This document shows, one piece after another, positions 61,260-64,000 of a DNA stretch of 64,000 nt. Within the stretch, counting starts at the first letter, position 1. Every line of letters begins with the position of its first letter. A model generated the notes under the pieces. It did no database searches, was not told where the DNA came from, and saw nothing but the letters and a program-made list of their open reading frames with translations. Origin of the DNA: Polyangiales bacterium (GTDB lineage Bacteria > Myxococcota_A > Polyangia > Polyangiales > Ga0077539); the NCBI GenBank assembly GCA_044229975.1, contig JBGARZ010000018.1:1-64000 (forward strand), written 5' to 3'. Made by a program: the position numbers and the translations under genes.

Positions 61260-61954
61260 GTGATGCCCTCGTCGTCTGCGCCGGCTGCTACCGCCACGTC
61301 CGCTCGTCGGAGCGCGCGTGCCCCATCTGCTCCGCCGCCAGCGGCGCAACGCCGCCCGCCTCGCGCCCGGGCGCCCTGCACACCGCAGTCATCGCCGCAG
61401 CCCTCGCGCTCGCGGTGAGCGATCGCGCCTACGCCCAGCAGAACCCGCCGACCAACCCGCGCCTCGACATGCTCCACGGCGGCGCCGAGGGCTACGGCGC
61501 TCCGCCCGCGCCGGGCCTCCCCGGCATCCACCCGCCCGGCGCGATCGCCCCGGAGCCCCGCACCGCCGCACCGCTGTTCGAGCTCGCCCGACAGCGTGTG
61601 CGGCCGAACAGTCGCCGTGCCCAGGCCCGCGAGCCGTGGCTCGTTGCTCTGCGCATCAAGGCCGACGGAGCGTGGAGTGCGCCGGGCCACTCGGGACGCC
61701 TGTTGCCGGCACAGCTCGCTGAACTCCGTACGGCGGCGGGGCGGACACCCCTTTCTCCCGACCCCACGAGCGTCCCGATCGACCCGCAGCCCCCGAGAGT
61801 TACGGAGCGCCTCACGCTCGGGGCGAGATCGGTGGGGTGGTCCGAAGCGAACATCGGTATGCCCGGCCGCGACATGCGTCACATCATCGAGCTCGCCTAT
61901 CGCCTGACCCGGGCCCGTCCTACAGCCACACCGTCAACGTCCCGAGCACAGTGA
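61256..61954 (+). CDS. Protein with N-terminal CxxCxRH...CPxC, a hydrophobic segment and a YGAPP motif
   Basis: MSDALVVCAGCYRHVRSSERACPIC...AVIAAALALAV...EGYGAPP followed by a further domain of about 130 aa. Confidence 0.75.
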   Translation: MSDALVVCAGCYRHVRSSERACPICSAASGATPPASRPGALHTAVIAAALALAVSDRAYAQQNPPTNPRLDMLHGGAEGYGAPPAPGLPGIHPPGAIAPEPRTAAPLFELARQRVRPNSRRAQAREPWLVALRIKADGAWSAPGHSGRLLPAQLAELRTAAGRTPLSPDPTSVPIDPQPPRVTERLTLGARSVGWSEANIGMPGRDMRHIIELAYRLTRARPTATPSTSRAQ

Positions 61955-62094
61955 ACGGCCGGCCCCCCGCGGTGAAGTGCTGCACCGGCACCCGGCTGGT
62001 GTCCGCGCCCGGCGTGATCGAGACGTAGAAGCGCTTCGGGACAGAGGAGTCGGCGGCCTTGGTGAACGGCACGCCTGGTGCTGGGCGCCGCTTC

Positions 62095-63240
62095 ATGCTT
62101 CACGCAACTCCCCCTGGAGCAGACGGCGTTTGTCGTCGCCGTGTGCTCGTCGACGCGGTGTTGTGGCTCGTGTTCCTCACGGGATGCGCGAGCCGACCTC
62201 CCGCGCGCACGGCGCGTGCCCTCGCAATGGAGACGCAACCGGTCGCGGTGGACACCTTCGTCGAAGCCACGCCCACACCCGACCCATCGCCGACCCTGGT
62301 CGTCGAGACGGCGGTTCCTCCGGCCGTCGCGACGGTGACGTGCACTGCGACGCTGCGGGCTGCGTTTCACCTGCGACCGCACATGACAGTGAGGTCGATC
62401 GGCCCCGAGCTCGCGGCGGGAAGTCGGGTCGTGGTGCTCGAAACGTCGACGATCTCCCGGAGGGGTGAGCTCGGCCCGGAGCCGGTCCTGAGCCGCGTCC
62501 GGGTCGTCGCGACCGGGGTCGAGGGCTACACCTTCGTCCACCCCCATGAACTCGGGCCGGGGTGTCCGCTTCTCCCCGACCGCGCTCAACGTACGGTCTC
62601 GCTGCGGGACCGCATCAGCGGTCGCCGGTTGCTTGATCGAGGTGAGGATCAGGGAGGCCGTGACGCGCGGCCGACGACCTCCTGGAGTTGGGCCTTCGAC
62701 GCCACACGCGACCGCGTGCTGGCGCGCTTCGACATCGATCAAAACGGCAGCCTTGAGACGCTGATCCGGGGCGGCCTCAGGGACGACGGACTGGCCCCCG
62801 CGGTCGTTCTCTTGCGTGAGGGCGTGCGCGGGCCGGTCGGCATCGTCGTCGCCGAGGAGCGGTACGTCGGGGAGAACTTCACCTCGAGCTTCGCCACGAC
62901 CCTTATCGCCGGGGGCGTCGTCTACGTTGCGATGGAGGAATCGGAGACGGGCGACTGTCGGCACTGTCGCGGCGCTTCGTGCGACCGCAACTCGTACGCG
63001 CTCTATCGCCTTCACCCCGACGGGTGGTTCGTCCGGGTGGCATCGATCCCTCTGAAGTCCCAGGGAGAGCGACTGCGCGTCCGCGGCGATGACGACGGAA
63101 CCCTGAGCGTCGAGAGCGAGACCACGCACCGACGCGCGTCGCTCCGCTTCGATCGGGCTGAGTTCCGGTTCGTCACGGACGCGCCAACACTGCCGGAGAA
63201 CGCGAGTGATCGCGGCGAGGACTTCTGCGAGAGGGACTGA
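62095..63240 (+). CDS. Lipoprotein with an SH3b-like domain; paralogue of 49642..50823
   Basis: FLTGC lipobox; shared N-domain; FDIDQNG; start uncertain. Confidence 0.75.
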   Translation: MLHATPPGADGVCRRRVLVDAVLWLVFLTGCASRPPARTARALAMETQPVAVDTFVEATPTPDPSPTLVVETAVPPAVATVTCTATLRAAFHLRPHMTVRSIGPELAAGSRVVVLETSTISRRGELGPEPVLSRVRVVATGVEGYTFVHPHELGPGCPLLPDRAQRTVSLRDRISGRRLLDRGEDQGGRDARPTTSWSWAFDATRDRVLARFDIDQNGSLETLIRGGLRDDGLAPAVVLLREGVRGPVGIVVAEERYVGENFTSSFATTLIAGGVVYVAMEESETGDCRHCRGASCDRNSYALYRLHPDGWFVRVASIPLKSQGERLRVRGDDDGTLSVESETTHRRASLRFDRAEFRFVTDAPTLPENASDRGEDFCERD

Positions 63241-63523
63241 CAGACGAGCAGTGGCGCGGCGCGAGCGCTCGTCTCGACCGCGTGAACGTGGGCAGCCCCG
63301 ACACGCGCTTCGACGCATGCCTCCGGTCCGTCGCACCCGTCCGTCGCGTCGCCGTCGCGCTCCTTGGTTGCCGCGTCGCCTGCCGACCGACCGCGTCTGA
63401 AAACGTCCGGTAGGTCACAGATGGAGGAGCAGCGTTCTCGATTCAAGAATCGGGAGGTCGATCCGGGCGTACGCGGGCAATCGATTGGTAAAGCCGGGCG
63501 CCGATCGACCGTCCCGCGCGTGT

Positions 63524-63529
63524 TACCGT
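63524..63529 (+). promoter_or_regulatory. -10-like hexamer TACCGT
   Basis: 8 nt before ATG 63538. Confidence 0.6.
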
Positions 63530-63537
63530 CTCGTCCG

Positions 63538-64000
63538 ATGCGGGCGATGCGGGGGCTTCTTGTTGCGCTCGTTGCCGTCGTCGGCTGTCACCTTGCGCGC
63601 CGTCCGATGGTCGCCCCGGCAATGCCGCACGCCGCCGGGGACGTTCCGACGCGCGTGCTATGGCTCCCGCGGGGCGGTGGCCTGGACTTCTACGCGCGCG
63701 AGCCCGACGGCTTCGCGGACGTGCTCTTCGGCTCGCTGCGCGTGCAGGTGCGCGACGACGAGGTGCGTGTCGCGACCGACCAATTCGTGCTGCCAGTCAG
63801 CTACGCGGCGCCCGTCGCGCGCGGCTGGGTCTTCGTCGGCGAGGACGGCGTCTGCGCCGCGTCCAGGAGCTTCCTCGGGCCGCTCACGCGCGTGGGCGAC
63901 TTCCCCGACTTCCACCGCGAGTTCGGCTACCACGGCAGCGACAACCGCCAGCGCGGGCGCGTGGCGCTCGTCGATCGCGACCACGCCGCGTGGATGAGCG
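63538..64000 (+). CDS. Family L lipoprotein, partial (runs off the window; absent from the ORF track)
   Basis: Manual translation MRAMRGLLVALVAVVGC..PTRVLWLP..FLGPLTRVGDFPDF..QRGRVALVDR..AWMS; close to the N-terminus of 55877..58765. Confidence 0.85.
   Translation, partial: MRAMRGLLVALVAVVGCHLARRPMVAPAMPHAAGDVPTRVLWLPRGGGLDFYAREPDGFADVLFGSLRVQVRDDEVRVATDQFVLPVSYAAPVARGWVFVGEDGVCAASRSFLGPLTRVGDFPDFHREFGYHGSDNRQRGRVALVDRDHAAWMS

Noticed and set aside
1..64000. Many long Arg/Pro/Ala-rich ORFs in the six-frame track
   Set aside because: Shadow frames of very high-GC DNA that overlap better-supported genes

Overview
Very GC-rich window that looks like Myxococcota (Polyangia-like) DNA. This is inferred from protein style: lipobox followed by DAG/PDA-rich linkers, RCC1-type CWGxN repeats, AgmX/PglI-like and VWA lipoproteins. 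I saw no housekeeping operons, RNA genes or CRISPR array. The window is a mosaic of about 35 intact or nearly intact genes for secreted, lipo- or membrane proteins. Many belong to the same few families and recur as diverged paralogues 6-45 kb apart. They alternate with short decayed fragments of unrelated genes: GNAT, sugar-phosphate nucleotidyltransferase, pirin, Uma2, a tyrosine integrase, serpin, lipoxygenase, an IS1595-like stretch and RCC1 pieces. Two patterns cut across the genes. (1) A degenerate repeat of about 115 bp, ending ...CGCGACGCCGCC(C/T)TGG, occurs 7 times in the same orientation, and its sharp end often abuts a truncated gene. (2) At least 10 genes have a TAnnnT hexamer 6-8 nt before the start codon, a leaderless-type promoter. 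My working hypothesis (inference) is a gene-capture or accretion array of self-expressing surface-protein cassettes. Family calls come from motif recognition only; no searches were run. Most long ORFs in the supplied track are GC shadow frames.
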